Positions 1 to 8,611 of a stretch of 64,000 nucleotides of DNA are shown here, piece after piece (within the stretch, counting starts at the first letter, position 1; each line of letters begins with the position of its first letter). Location of the stretch: positions 111-64,110 of the forward strand of contig DASYGN010000082.1 in the NCBI GenBank assembly GCA_035999625.1, read 5' to 3'. This DNA is from Caulobacteraceae bacterium. GTDB lineage: Bacteria > Pseudomonadota > Alphaproteobacteria > Caulobacterales > Caulobacteraceae. The position numbers were made by a program, and so were the translations under genes. Below the pieces are notes generated by a model. That model ran no database searches. It was not told where the DNA came from and worked only from the letters and a program-made list of their open reading frames with translations.

Positions 1-116
1 TCGTGGTCATGGACGCCGGCAAGGTGGTCGAGATCGGCCGCCACGGCGAGCTGATGGCCAGGGGCGGCCTCTACGCGCGCCTGGCGCGCCTGCAGTTCGG
101 CGCGGCGGCGGCCTAG
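1..116 (+). CDS. ABC exporter ATP-binding protein, C-terminal fragment (5' part outside window)
   Basis: Frame 3 is open from the window edge to TAG at 114-116. The translation [32 protein letters not shown] is the usual C-terminal tail of MsbA/NdvA-type ABC exporter ATPases. Confidence 0.6.
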   Translation, partial: VVMDAGKVVEIGRHGELMARGGLYARLARLQFGAAAA

Positions 117-1048
117 GCCGCCAAGGCCGCATTCGCGCGGGTGCGGAAGACGATCGACAGCGCCAGGGCGAGATTGAGCACGGTGAGCTCGAACACGAAG
201 AACCACAGCGGATTGCCGGCGAGGACGGCCAGAAAGGCGACCAGGGTGCGGGTGTTGGAGTCCAGCACTCCGCTGGCCTTGACCAGGGGCGCGAAGCGAC
301 GGCGGTAGAGATCGCGGGTTTCCGCCGACATGACGGTTTCGGCGGCCGGCTCGCCAGGGCTGAGGGCGCTGGAGACGCCGATGTAGAATCGGGACAGCAC
401 CGCGCCCAGGCCCTGGCCGGCCCCGGTCTGGCGCATCCACGGCGCGCCATAGACGAAATGGCGATAGGCCTTGCGCCCGGTCTCGTAGGCGTTGGCCTGG
501 ACGAAGTGCGAGGCTCCGGCGGCGCTGGCCAAGACCCACACCCAGGGCCCGAAACGCGCCTGGGCGGCAATGGCGAAGGCGACGTAGATCAGCACCTGCG
601 CGGCATGGTCGCACACCCCGTCGATGAGCTCGCCCAGCGGCGAGGCGCGTCCGGTGCGGCGGGCGAGATCGCCATCGGCGCCGTCGAGCACATGCCAGAG
701 GTATTGCAGCGCCAGGCCAATGAGAGCGTTCGCCGGCCAGGCCAGGCCGACATAGGCCAGCGCCGCGCCGCCGGCGGCGACCACCCCGGCCACCGAGACC
801 TGATTGGGGCTCACCGGCGTCCTGGCCAGCAGCCCGGCCAGGGCGCGGGAGGCCGGGTGCACCAGATAGAGGTTGCTGGCCGCTTCGATCTCGCGCGGGC
901 GGCCAGGCGCCGGCGCCGGGGGCGGCGTCTCGATGGCGATTGCTGCGGCTGGCGCCTTGGTGTCCACGGGAGGGTCGTATATGGCAGTCTTGTGACGGTA
1001 GGCGAGACTGCGATAGCGTGAATCGCGCGGGGGACCGCCTGCTCCCAA
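113..1048 (-). CDS. CDP-alcohol phosphatidyltransferase family membrane protein (DIPP-synthase / inositol-phosphotransferase-like)
   Basis: [27 protein letters not shown] matches the D-G-x2-A-R-x8-G-x3-D-x3-D family signature, and the protein has multiple hydrophobic helices. The segment [20 protein letters not shown] resembles the N-terminal lead-in of DIPP-synthase-type enzymes. The ATG at 1048 leaves only 28 bp to the divergent gene, so an internal GTG (967 or 862) may be the true start. Confidence 0.85.
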   Translation of the reverse strand: MGAGGPPRDSRYRSLAYRHKTAIYDPPVDTKAPAAAIAIETPPPAPAPGRPREIEAASNLYLVHPASRALAGLLARTPVSPNQVSVAGVVAAGGAALAYVGLAWPANALIGLALQYLWHVLDGADGDLARRTGRASPLGELIDGVCDHAAQVLIYVAFAIAAQARFGPWVWVLASAAGASHFVQANAYETGRKAYRHFVYGAPWMRQTGAGQGLGAVLSRFYIGVSSALSPGEPAAETVMSAETRDLYRRRFAPLVKASGVLDSNTRTLVAFLAVLAGNPLWFFVFELTVLNLALALSIVFRTRANAALAA

Positions 1049-1076
1049 TCAATCACTCCCTCGAGGGGCTTCGAGT

Positions 1077-2948
1077 ATGGCTAAGATTCGCGTGGCGATC
1101 GTCGGTGTCGGCAACTGCGCCAGTTCACTGGTCCAGGGCGTCGCCTATTATCGCGCCGCCAACGACAACAGCGCCGGGCTGATGCACTGGAGCCTGGGCG
1201 GCTTCGAGCCCAGCGACGTCGAGTTCGTCCTCGCCTACGACATCGACGAGCGCAAGGTCGGGCAAGACCTATCCCGGGCCATCTTCGCCAAGCCCAACTG
1301 CACGGCGGTGTTCGCCGAGGTGCCCGATTCGGGGCTCAACGTGCGCATGGGCAAGGTTCTGGACGGCATGGCCGACCACATGGAGACCATGCCCGCCGAG
1401 CGCAGCTTCGTGAAGGCCAAGGCGGCCGAGCCGGACAAGGCCGCGGTCATCGAGGCCCTGCGCGCATCGGGGACCGAAGTTCTGATCAACTTCCTCCCCG
1501 TCGGCTCGGAGGACGCGGTCAAATTCTACATGGACTGCGCTCTTAAGGCCGGCGTTGGGGTGGTCAATTGCATGCCGGTGTTCATCGCCTCCGATCCGGA
1601 ATGGGAGGCGAAGTTCAAGGACGCCGGCCTGCCGATCGTCGGCGACGACATCAAGGCCCAGTTCGGGGCCACCATCGTCCACAGGGCGCTGACCAACCTG
1701 ATGCGCCAGCGCGGCGTGCGCATGGATCGCACCTATCAGCTCAACACCGGCGGCAACACCGACTTCCTCAACATGATGGATCGCGGCCGCCTGCTGTCGA
1801 AGAAGATCTCCAAGACCGAGGCGGTGCAGTCGGTCATGGCCAAGCGCCTGGAGGACGAGAACATCCATGTCGGCCCGAGCGACTATGTGCCGTGGCTGAA
1901 CGACAACAAGCTCTGCTTCCTGCGCCTCGAGGGGGCGCTGTTCGGCAATGTGCCGATGAACATAGAGGTCCGCCTGTCGGTGGAGGATTCGCCCAATTCA
2001 GCGGGGGTGGTGATCGACGCCATCCGCTGCTGCAAGCTGGCGCTAGACCGCGGCTACGCCGGGCCGCTGATCGGCCCCTCGGCCTTCTTCTGCAAGCATC
2101 CGCCGATCCAGTTCACCGACGATGAAGCCGAGCGGATGACCAACGCCTTCATCGATCGCGCCTCGCGGCCGGGGGCCAATCAATCGCTGGTCAGGGCGGC
2201 GGACGCCAATCCGGACGCGGCCGCTTCCGGGACCGGCATGCAAGGTCTGATCATCGCCGCCGGCCAGGGCATCCGCATGCGCGATGTGGCCCGTTCCAAG
2301 CCGCTGGCGCTGATCAATGGCGTGCCGCTGATCGAGCGGGTGATCGTTACCGCCCACAAGGCCGGCGTGTCCCGCTTCGTGGTCGTCACCGGCTATGAGG
2401 GCAAGCGCCTGGAGACCTTCCTCGTCGGCCTTTCCGCGCGGCTTTCGATTCCGATCCAGACGGTGCGCAATTTCGCCTGGAAGGGGGCCAACGGCCTTTC
2501 GGTGGCCGCCGCCGAGGCCCACCTCGACGACCGCTTCGTGCTGATGATGGCCGACCATCTCCTGGATCCGACCATCCTTGCCGATCTGATCGCCTCCGAG
2601 GCCGGGACCGAGGAGCTGGTGCTGGCGGTCGACCGCCGGCTGGGCAATCCGCTGGTCGACCTCGAGGATGTCACCCGGGTGGCCATCGACGAGCACGGCC
2701 GTATCGCACGCATCGGCAAGCTGATGAGCGGCCATGACGCCTACGACACCGGGGTCTTTCTGGCCTCAAAGGCGCTGATCGCGGCGATCCGCGAGGATGT
2801 CGAGGCCGGCGGCCAAGGCGGCCTCAGCGATGGCGTGCGCTCCCTGGCGGCCAAGGGCCTGGCGCGCACGTTCGACATCGGCGACCGCTTCTGGCTCGAT
2901 GTCGACGACGGCGTCGCCCACGGCCACGCCGAGCAGCTCTGCGCCTAA
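1077..2948 (+). CDS. Fusion protein: myo-inositol-3-phosphate synthase (N-terminal, about aa 1-365) plus nucleotidyltransferase / CTP:inositol-phosphate cytidylyltransferase-like domain (from aa 388)
   Basis: The N-terminus MAKIRVAIVGVGNCASSLVQGV, with later GDDIKAQFGAT and LNTGGNTDF blocks, is typical of bacterial/archaeal-type MIPS. After an Ala/Pro-rich linker, an in-frame ATG at 2238 opens GLIIAAGQGIRMR...KPLALINGVPLIERVI (G-x-G-x-R nucleotidyltransferase P-loop), ending FWLDVDDGVAH as in IPCT domains. No stop codon separates the two halves. Confidence 0.85.
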   Translation: MAKIRVAIVGVGNCASSLVQGVAYYRAANDNSAGLMHWSLGGFEPSDVEFVLAYDIDERKVGQDLSRAIFAKPNCTAVFAEVPDSGLNVRMGKVLDGMADHMETMPAERSFVKAKAAEPDKAAVIEALRASGTEVLINFLPVGSEDAVKFYMDCALKAGVGVVNCMPVFIASDPEWEAKFKDAGLPIVGDDIKAQFGATIVHRALTNLMRQRGVRMDRTYQLNTGGNTDFLNMMDRGRLLSKKISKTEAVQSVMAKRLEDENIHVGPSDYVPWLNDNKLCFLRLEGALFGNVPMNIEVRLSVEDSPNSAGVVIDAIRCCKLALDRGYAGPLIGPSAFFCKHPPIQFTDDEAERMTNAFIDRASRPGANQSLVRAADANPDAAASGTGMQGLIIAAGQGIRMRDVARSKPLALINGVPLIERVIVTAHKAGVSRFVVVTGYEGKRLETFLVGLSARLSIPIQTVRNFAWKGANGLSVAAAEAHLDDRFVLMMADHLLDPTILADLIASEAGTEELVLAVDRRLGNPLVDLEDVTRVAIDEHGRIARIGKLMSGHDAYDTGVFLASKALIAAIREDVEAGGQGGLSDGVRSLAAKGLARTFDIGDRFWLDVDDGVAHGHAEQLCA

Positions 2949-2973
2949 GAGGCCACCCCTGACCGCCGCCTGA

Positions 2974-4215
2974 TCAAGCCGCCGCGGTCTGCGGCTCCAG
3001 CACCACCTGCGGGGCGCGGCGTCCGGCGCGGGCCAGGGCGGCCTGCTCGATGAACAGATGGCCGTAGGCCTCGACCATGCGTTCGATGTCGAACATCGCC
3101 GCCCGCGCCGGCCCGGCGGCGGCTAGGCGCGCGGTCAGCGCGGGTTGGCGGAGGAGATGGTCCATGGCCGCGGCGAAGGCTTCGGTGTCGTTCGGCGGCA
3201 CGATCCAGCCGCTCTGGCCATGATCGACCACCTCGGCGGGGCCGAAGTCGCAGGCGGTGGCGAGCGCCGGGGCCCCGCAGGCCAGCGCCTCGACCAGTAC
3301 GCTCGGGAAACCTTCCCAGCGCGAGGGCAGGACGAACAGGGCCGCCTTGGCCATCCACGCCCAGGGGTTGGTGGTGAAGTCGACGAACCTCACCCGCTCG
3401 CCGAGCCCGAGCGCGCCGGCCTGCGCTTTCAGCTGCGCCTCGCGCGAGCCTCGTCCGATGATGACCAGATCGAGGCCCCGCGCCGCTGAGCTGGCCGCGA
3501 ACGCCGCCAGCAGCAGATCGTGGGCCTTCTGGTGCTCGAGCCGGCCGACGGCGAGCACGAACGGCCGCTCGGACGGCTGGTCGACGGGCGCGCCGGCGAG
3601 GCTCTGGATCCTGGCGATGTCGATGGGATTCTGCACCACCCGCATGCGGGCGTGATCCAGGCCCAGGCGCTGGCCGAGGCCGGCGGCCATCTCGTGCGAG
3701 TTGGCCAGAAAACAGTCGGCGTTGCGGTAGCAGCGCCGGGTCAGCCAGGCGATCAAGGTGCGGGCGGCGGGGCTGGCGAGCTCGTCCTCGATCACCGCGT
3801 CGGTGTTGTTGCCCTCGCGGGCGATCCATCTGGGCGCGCGCGCGCCCATGGCCCTGACCGCCGGCCAGGTCATCAGGCTGATGCCCTTGAGGAAGCTCAT
3901 CACCACGTGCGGGCGGTGGGCGGCGATCATGCGCGAGATGTTGAGCGGCGCCAGGGTGGCCCCGAGGATCAGCTTGTGCGGCCGATAGAAGCTGGCGTTG
4001 GCCCCTTCGTAAGCCAGCCAGTCCTGGCCGATCGGCGAGGCCATCACCCGCTCGGGATCGGCGTCGGCGAGGAATGGTCCGGCGCGACGCAGCAGGCCGA
4101 TGCGGATGTCGAACTGGTCGGGATCGCTGCGGTTCAGCAGGTGCACGGCCACCCGCTCGGCCCCGCCGCCATGCAGCGAGGAGAGCAGCAGCATGACGCG
4201 CAGCTTTCCGGTCAT
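2974..4215 (-). CDS. Glycosyltransferase family 4 (GT-B, PimA-like class)
   Basis: N-terminal RVMLLLSSLHGGGAERV plus C-terminal PSRWEGFPSVLVEALACGAPALAT (the E-x7-E region of GT4 enzymes). The ATG at 4215 (MTGKLRV) is preceded by GGAGAGG. The ORF track starts 21 nt upstream at a GTG (4236). Confidence 0.85.
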   Translation of the reverse strand: MTGKLRVMLLLSSLHGGGAERVAVHLLNRSDPDQFDIRIGLLRRAGPFLADADPERVMASPIGQDWLAYEGANASFYRPHKLILGATLAPLNISRMIAAHRPHVVMSFLKGISLMTWPAVRAMGARAPRWIAREGNNTDAVIEDELASPAARTLIAWLTRRCYRNADCFLANSHEMAAGLGQRLGLDHARMRVVQNPIDIARIQSLAGAPVDQPSERPFVLAVGRLEHQKAHDLLLAAFAASSAARGLDLVIIGRGSREAQLKAQAGALGLGERVRFVDFTTNPWAWMAKAALFVLPSRWEGFPSVLVEALACGAPALATACDFGPAEVVDHGQSGWIVPPNDTEAFAAAMDHLLRQPALTARLAAAGPARAAMFDIERMVEAYGHLFIEQAALARAGRRAPQVVLEPQTAAA

Positions 4216-4303
4216 GCTATGCCCCGTCCTCTCCACCGACCCGCAAGCGGCTTCTAGCCGCCCCGGGCGCGGCGAGGCAACGACCTATCTGGCGGGGTGA
4301 GTT

Positions 4304-5404
4304 TTGACGGCGATGGAGTTGCTGGTCGGCGCCGACGCCTTCTGGGCCCGCGCCAGCGCCGATAGCGCCGCCGCCCGGCGCCGGCTGCTGGTGCAGGCGA
4401 TGACCTTCGAGGGCGACGGGGTCGGCCAGGCCGTGGCTCGGGCGATCAGGGGAAGTCCGGCCGCCGATCGCCGGGTGCTGGTGGACGGATACACGCGGAT
4501 GGTGGTCTCCGATCGCTGGGTCGCGGCGTCGTGGTTCAACCCGGCCCTGCGCGGCGAGGTGGCGGCGACGCGGGCGATGTTCGACCACCTGGCGGCGCAG
4601 GGCGTCGGCGTGCGGGTGACCAATCCGGTCAGTCCGCTGCTGACCAACTATCCGGCCCGCAACCACAAGAAGCTGATCGTCGCCGACGATGTCGCCTACA
4701 TCGGCGGGATCAATTTCAGCGACCACAATTTCGCCTGGCGGGATTTCATGCTGCGCCTGGAGGGCCGGGCGACGGCGGACTTTCTGGCCGCCGATTTCGC
4801 CGCTACCTGGTCCGGCCGCCCCGTGGCCGCCGACACCGCGTTCGACACTCTCGCTCTGATCAGTCTCGACGGGCGCACCAATCAACGCTTCTACGAGACC
4901 ATGGCCGAGCGCATCGGGCGGGCGAGGCGCGAAGTCGTGGTGCTCTCCGCCTATCTGACCTTTCCCTTCACCGCGCCGCTGGCCGAGGCGGTGCGCCGCG
5001 GGGTCGAGGTGAGCCTGATCACCCCGTGGGCGAGCAACAAACGGCTGGTGCGCGACTATCTGCTGGATTTCGCCCGCCGCGCCGGCCTTCGCGTGCACCT
5101 GCTGCCCAAGATGAGCCATCTCAAGGGCATGCTGATCGACGGGACCGAGCTCATCGTTGGCTCGTGCAACTTCGATTTCGCCGGCCTTGCCGGCGAGGAG
5201 GAACTGGTGGCGGTGATCGACGAGCCGGCGCTGATCGCCGATTTTCGCGCCCGCATCATCGCCCCGGCGCTGGCCGCCGCCCTGGCGGACGCCAGGCAGG
5301 TCTCGCCTCTGGCCGGCGCCCTGGCTCACGCCGGCTTGCGCATCGGCGATGCCGTGGCGAGGTTGGCGGGGACCTCCCGGCGGACGGCGGTGGACTGGCG
5401 CTAG
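4304..5404 (+). CDS. Phospholipase D superfamily protein with two HKD motifs (cardiolipin/phosphatidylserine-synthase-like)
   Basis: First HKD is NHKKLIVADDVAYIGGINFSDHN and second is SHLKGMLIDGTELIVGSCNFD. No signal peptide or TM segment is evident. The start is TTG 4304 or ATG 4313. Confidence 0.8.
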   Translation: MTAMELLVGADAFWARASADSAAARRRLLVQAMTFEGDGVGQAVARAIRGSPAADRRVLVDGYTRMVVSDRWVAASWFNPALRGEVAATRAMFDHLAAQGVGVRVTNPVSPLLTNYPARNHKKLIVADDVAYIGGINFSDHNFAWRDFMLRLEGRATADFLAADFAATWSGRPVAADTAFDTLALISLDGRTNQRFYETMAERIGRARREVVVLSAYLTFPFTAPLAEAVRRGVEVSLITPWASNKRLVRDYLLDFARRAGLRVHLLPKMSHLKGMLIDGTELIVGSCNFDFAGLAGEEELVAVIDEPALIADFRARIIAPALAAALADARQVSPLAGALAHAGLRIGDAVARLAGTSRRTAVDWR

Positions 5405-6354
5405 GCCGCGGCCAGCCTCTGGCGGCCGCGCCAGGCGTCGAGGATGCTCGCTTGATGGACGCAGCTGACGGTGCAGAAGGGCGCGCAGGCCTTGGCGGTG
5501 TCGAACTCGCGCAGGATGTCGGCGCGGCCGTAATCGGCCAGCGGCACGCCAGGATGGCCGCGCTGCTGCGAGCAATAGTGCACCAGACCGTCCTCGCAGA
5601 TGTAGAGATAGCGGGCCCCGGCCCGGCAATGCCAGCCGTTGGGCTTGCCGGCCATGAGATTCTTTTGGAACATCAAATAGTTGATTAGATGGGTGACCGA
5701 CCCGGCGGCCATCAGCGAGGCATAGACGGCGCGTTGCGAGGCCGACAGTGGGGCCAGCGTTCCCTCGCCGTCGTGCAACACCCCTACGGTGTGCGAAAAG
5801 CCCATCGCCTTGGCGCTCCTGGCCACTTCCAGGGCGTCCCGGGTGCGCTCCTCGGAGATGCCGAGCACCGAGTTGATGTTGACCGGAAACTGGGCGTGCT
5901 TTTCCAGCAGGCGCAGCTTGCCGGCCAGGGATTTCAGGGTCTTCTTCGAAATCGCATCCGGCTTCACCCCGTCGATGGAGATCTGCAGGCCCTGCAGTCC
6001 GGCGGCGTTCATGCCGGCGATCTTGGCGGCGGTGAGCAGGAAGCCGTTGGTGATCGTCGTCGCCACCATGCCGTGGGCGCGGATGCGGCGCACGACCTCG
6101 TCATGGCCGGGATGCGATAGCGGCTCGCCGCCGGTCAGGGTGACGATCTGGGCGCCCAGCGCCGCCAGCGCGTCGACGCGGGCGGTAAGCTCAGCGACCG
6201 GGACCGGCTTGGAGACCTTGTCGTACTCGCTGCAATAGGCGCACTCGAGATTGCAGTAGCGGGTGATGACCAGGTGGGCGAGCAGCGGCCGGCCCTTGTC
6301 GGCCAGCACCCGCGCCGCCAGCTTCACACTGTCCCCAAGAGTGACGCCCGGCAT
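5401..6354 (-). CDS. Radical SAM enzyme with C-terminal SPASM/twitch-like cysteine cluster
   Basis: CNLECAYC is a CxxxCxxC radical SAM cluster near the N-terminus, and TLTGGEPL is the SAM-binding GGE motif. C-terminal WHCRAGARYLYICEDGLVHYC followed by CAPFCTVSC looks like an auxiliary Fe-S (SPASM-type) domain. A GGGGAGG Shine-Dalgarno sits upstream of the ATG. Confidence 0.85.
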   Translation of the reverse strand: MPGVTLGDSVKLAARVLADKGRPLLAHLVITRYCNLECAYCSEYDKVSKPVPVAELTARVDALAALGAQIVTLTGGEPLSHPGHDEVVRRIRAHGMVATTITNGFLLTAAKIAGMNAAGLQGLQISIDGVKPDAISKKTLKSLAGKLRLLEKHAQFPVNINSVLGISEERTRDALEVARSAKAMGFSHTVGVLHDGEGTLAPLSASQRAVYASLMAAGSVTHLINYLMFQKNLMAGKPNGWHCRAGARYLYICEDGLVHYCSQQRGHPGVPLADYGRADILREFDTAKACAPFCTVSCVHQASILDAWRGRQRLAAA

Positions 6355-6387
6355 ATGGCTTCCTCTGCCTCCCCTTCAGCCGCACAA

Positions 6388-6858
6388 TTAGGGGTAGCGC
6401 AGGCGAACGTGCAAGGTGGTCTCCGGTCCACGGGCCTCGAACTTGACCTGATCGTACTTGGGCGCGGCGAACATCAGGTGCGGATTGTCGGAAAAGCCGA
6501 AGCCGTCGAAACGACCGAACAGGTTGTGGTGGAACACGCCGCTCGAATCCGGGTCGTGATAGACGGCGAAGGCGTAGGTCCCCGGTCCCCACTTCAGCCA
6601 GATGCACATGTGGGTGGTAGGACTGACCGCGGGCACGCTCCACACCTTGACCGCGCCGTCCTTGACCAGGAACTGGCTGCGATCGCCCGGATAGAGCGAG
6701 CCGGTGATCAGGCCGCGCGAGGCGCGCACCCCCTCGATATCGATGTCGAGACGGGTCGGCCCCGGCTGGCCTTGGCAGGTGCTCTGGGCGTGGCCGGCCG
6801 AGGGGCAAAGGAGCGCCAACGGCGCCGCCAGAGCGGTGACGGAGGAACGAAGCTGCAT
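6388..6858 (-). CDS. Secreted DUF2141 family protein
   Basis: Signal peptide MQLRSSVTALAAPLALLCPSAGHA. Family-typical blocks are present: GVRASRGLITGSLYP, YAFAVYHDPDSSG, and FGRFDGFGFSDNP (the GFSN-like end). Confidence 0.75.
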   Translation of the reverse strand: MQLRSSVTALAAPLALLCPSAGHAQSTCQGQPGPTRLDIDIEGVRASRGLITGSLYPGDRSQFLVKDGAVKVWSVPAVSPTTHMCIWLKWGPGTYAFAVYHDPDSSGVFHHNLFGRFDGFGFSDNPHLMFAAPKYDQVKFEARGPETTLHVRLRYP

Positions 6859-6918
6859 GGTCCTTGCTGATTCTTGTGCGCGCCGGCGATGACGAGCGCC
6901 CGGCGCTGTTCGGCCGGC

Positions 6919-7917
6919 TTATGCCACGGCTGGAGCCGCCTGGCCATGCTGGACGATGTCGGCGTGGGCCTGCGCGATGATGTCGACGGAGTGTCGCCGC
7001 GCGGCGTGGTCGAAGATGCTGGAGGTGACCATGATCTCATCGGCCCCGGTGCGGGCGATGAAACTGGCCAGTTTTGCGCGCACCGTATCGGGCCCACCGA
7101 CGATGGCTTCGGCGAGCGGGCCCTCCAGGCGCGCCTCGATGTCGTCCACCGGCGCCCGCAGCGGGCCGGGATGGCCGGCGCGTAGGGCGATGAAGGACTG
7201 AATGAGGGACGTGAACAGGCGCCGGGCCTCGGCGTCGGTGTCGGCGGCGACGATGGTGAGGCCAAGCAGGAGGCAGGGCTTGGCCAGCCGCTCGGAAGGC
7301 TGGAACTGGGCGCGGTAGATGGCGACCGCTTCGTCCAGCTGCGCCGGGGCGAAGTGCGAGGCGAAGGCGTAGGGCAGGCCAAGCACCGCCGCCAGCTGGG
7401 CGCCGAAGGTGCTCGAGCCCAGGATCCACACCTCCATCTCGGCCCCGGACCCCGGCACTGCGCGCACCATCTGGCCCTCCCGGACCGGGGCCAGGAAGCG
7501 CAGCAGCTCGACCACGTCGCTGGGGAAGCTCTCCGCGCCGCCGGCCAGATGGCGGCGGAGCGCGCGGGCGGTCATGGCGTCGGTCCCCGGCGCCCGGCCA
7601 AGACCCAGATCGACCCGGCCGGGATAGAGCGCCGCCAGGGTGCCGAACTGCTCGGCGATGATCAGCGGCGCGTGGTTGGGCAGCATCACCCCGCCGGCGC
7701 CGATGCGAATGCTGCTGGTGCCGGCGCCGACGAAAGCCAGGGCCACGGCGGTGGCGGCGCTGGCGATCCCCGGCATATTGTGGTGCTCGGCCATCCAGAA
7801 GCGATGGTAGCCGAGCGCCTCGGCGTGGCGGGCGAGATCGAGACTGCGGCGCAGCGCCTCGCCGGCGTCACCGCCCTCGACGATCGGGGCCAGATCGAGG
7901 AGCGAAAGCCTGGTCAT
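6919..7917 (-). CDS. LLM-class (luciferase-like) flavin-dependent oxidoreductase
   Basis: [16 protein letters not shown]...[24 protein letters not shown] is the characteristic N-terminus of YhbW-type LLM proteins. The ATG at 7917 is chosen over the upstream ORF-track start. Confidence 0.8.
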   Translation of the reverse strand: MTRLSLLDLAPIVEGGDAGEALRRSLDLARHAEALGYHRFWMAEHHNMPGIASAATAVALAFVGAGTSSIRIGAGGVMLPNHAPLIIAEQFGTLAALYPGRVDLGLGRAPGTDAMTARALRRHLAGGAESFPSDVVELLRFLAPVREGQMVRAVPGSGAEMEVWILGSSTFGAQLAAVLGLPYAFASHFAPAQLDEAVAIYRAQFQPSERLAKPCLLLGLTIVAADTDAEARRLFTSLIQSFIALRAGHPGPLRAPVDDIEARLEGPLAEAIVGGPDTVRAKLASFIARTGADEIMVTSSIFDHAARRHSVDIIAQAHADIVQHGQAAPAVA

Positions 7918-7951
7918 GGCGCCAGATATAGGGGGCTCGTTGTCGGCGCGC

Positions 7952-8611
7952 ATGGATAGCCGCGGCCGGCCCGGCTATGACGGTGGCGTGACTGTATGGG
8001 ACATCAGCCAGACCTTGCGCCCGGGCCTGCCGGTGTGGCCGGGAGACACCGCCTTTTCCGGCGCCCGGCGCTGGGTCCAGGGCGATGGCTCGCCGGTGAC
8101 CGTCTCGCACTTCGCCACCACGGTGCACGCCGGGACCCACGCCGACGCGCCGCTGCACTACGATCCGGCCGGGAGCGACGCCGCCGGCGTGCCGCTGGCG
8201 GCCTACATCGGCCACTGCCGGGTGGTCGACGCCAGGTCCGCCGGGCGGGTGATCGGGGCCGATTTCCTCGCCGCGCGCCTCACCGAGCCGCCACCCAGAG
8301 TGCTGTTCCGCACGTTCGAGCGCTTTCCGGCCGATGCGTGGCCAAGTGCTTTCACCGCTATCGCCGCCGAGGCCATCGCCGTCTTGGCCGCGCGCGGCGT
8401 CATTCTGGTGGGCATCGATTCGCCATCGCTGGATCCTGAGCGTTCCAAGACCATGGACGCCCACCGGGCGGTCCTGGCGGCCGACATGCGGGTGCTCGAG
8501 GGTGTGGTGCTGGATGAGGTCCCGGAGGGCGATTACGAGCTCATCGCCCTGCCGCTGAAGCTCGCCGGCCTCGACGCCTCGCCGGTGCGCGCGGTGTTGC
8601 GGTCCCGATGA
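7952..8611 (+). CDS. kynB: Kynurenine formamidase (cyclase family)
   Basis: [20 protein letters not shown] and [12 protein letters not shown] motifs. The stop overlaps the kynureninase start (ATGA). The start is uncertain: ATG 7952 or GTG 7988. Confidence 0.75.
   Translation: MDSRGRPGYDGGVTVWDISQTLRPGLPVWPGDTAFSGARRWVQGDGSPVTVSHFATTVHAGTHADAPLHYDPAGSDAAGVPLAAYIGHCRVVDARSAGRVIGADFLAARLTEPPPRVLFRTFERFPADAWPSAFTAIAAEAIAVLAARGVILVGIDSPSLDPERSKTMDAHRAVLAADMRVLEGVVLDEVPEGDYELIALPLKLAGLDASPVRAVLRSR

Noticed and set aside
4304-5404. HKD/PLD-superfamily protein as a possible nuclease-type defence gene
   Set aside because: There are two full HKD motifs in one chain. No partner genes typical of defence islands are present (no helicase, methylase, ATPase or mobile-element genes nearby). 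The location among lipid head-group enzymes makes a phospholipid synthase/transphosphatidylase role more likely. This cannot be excluded without a search.
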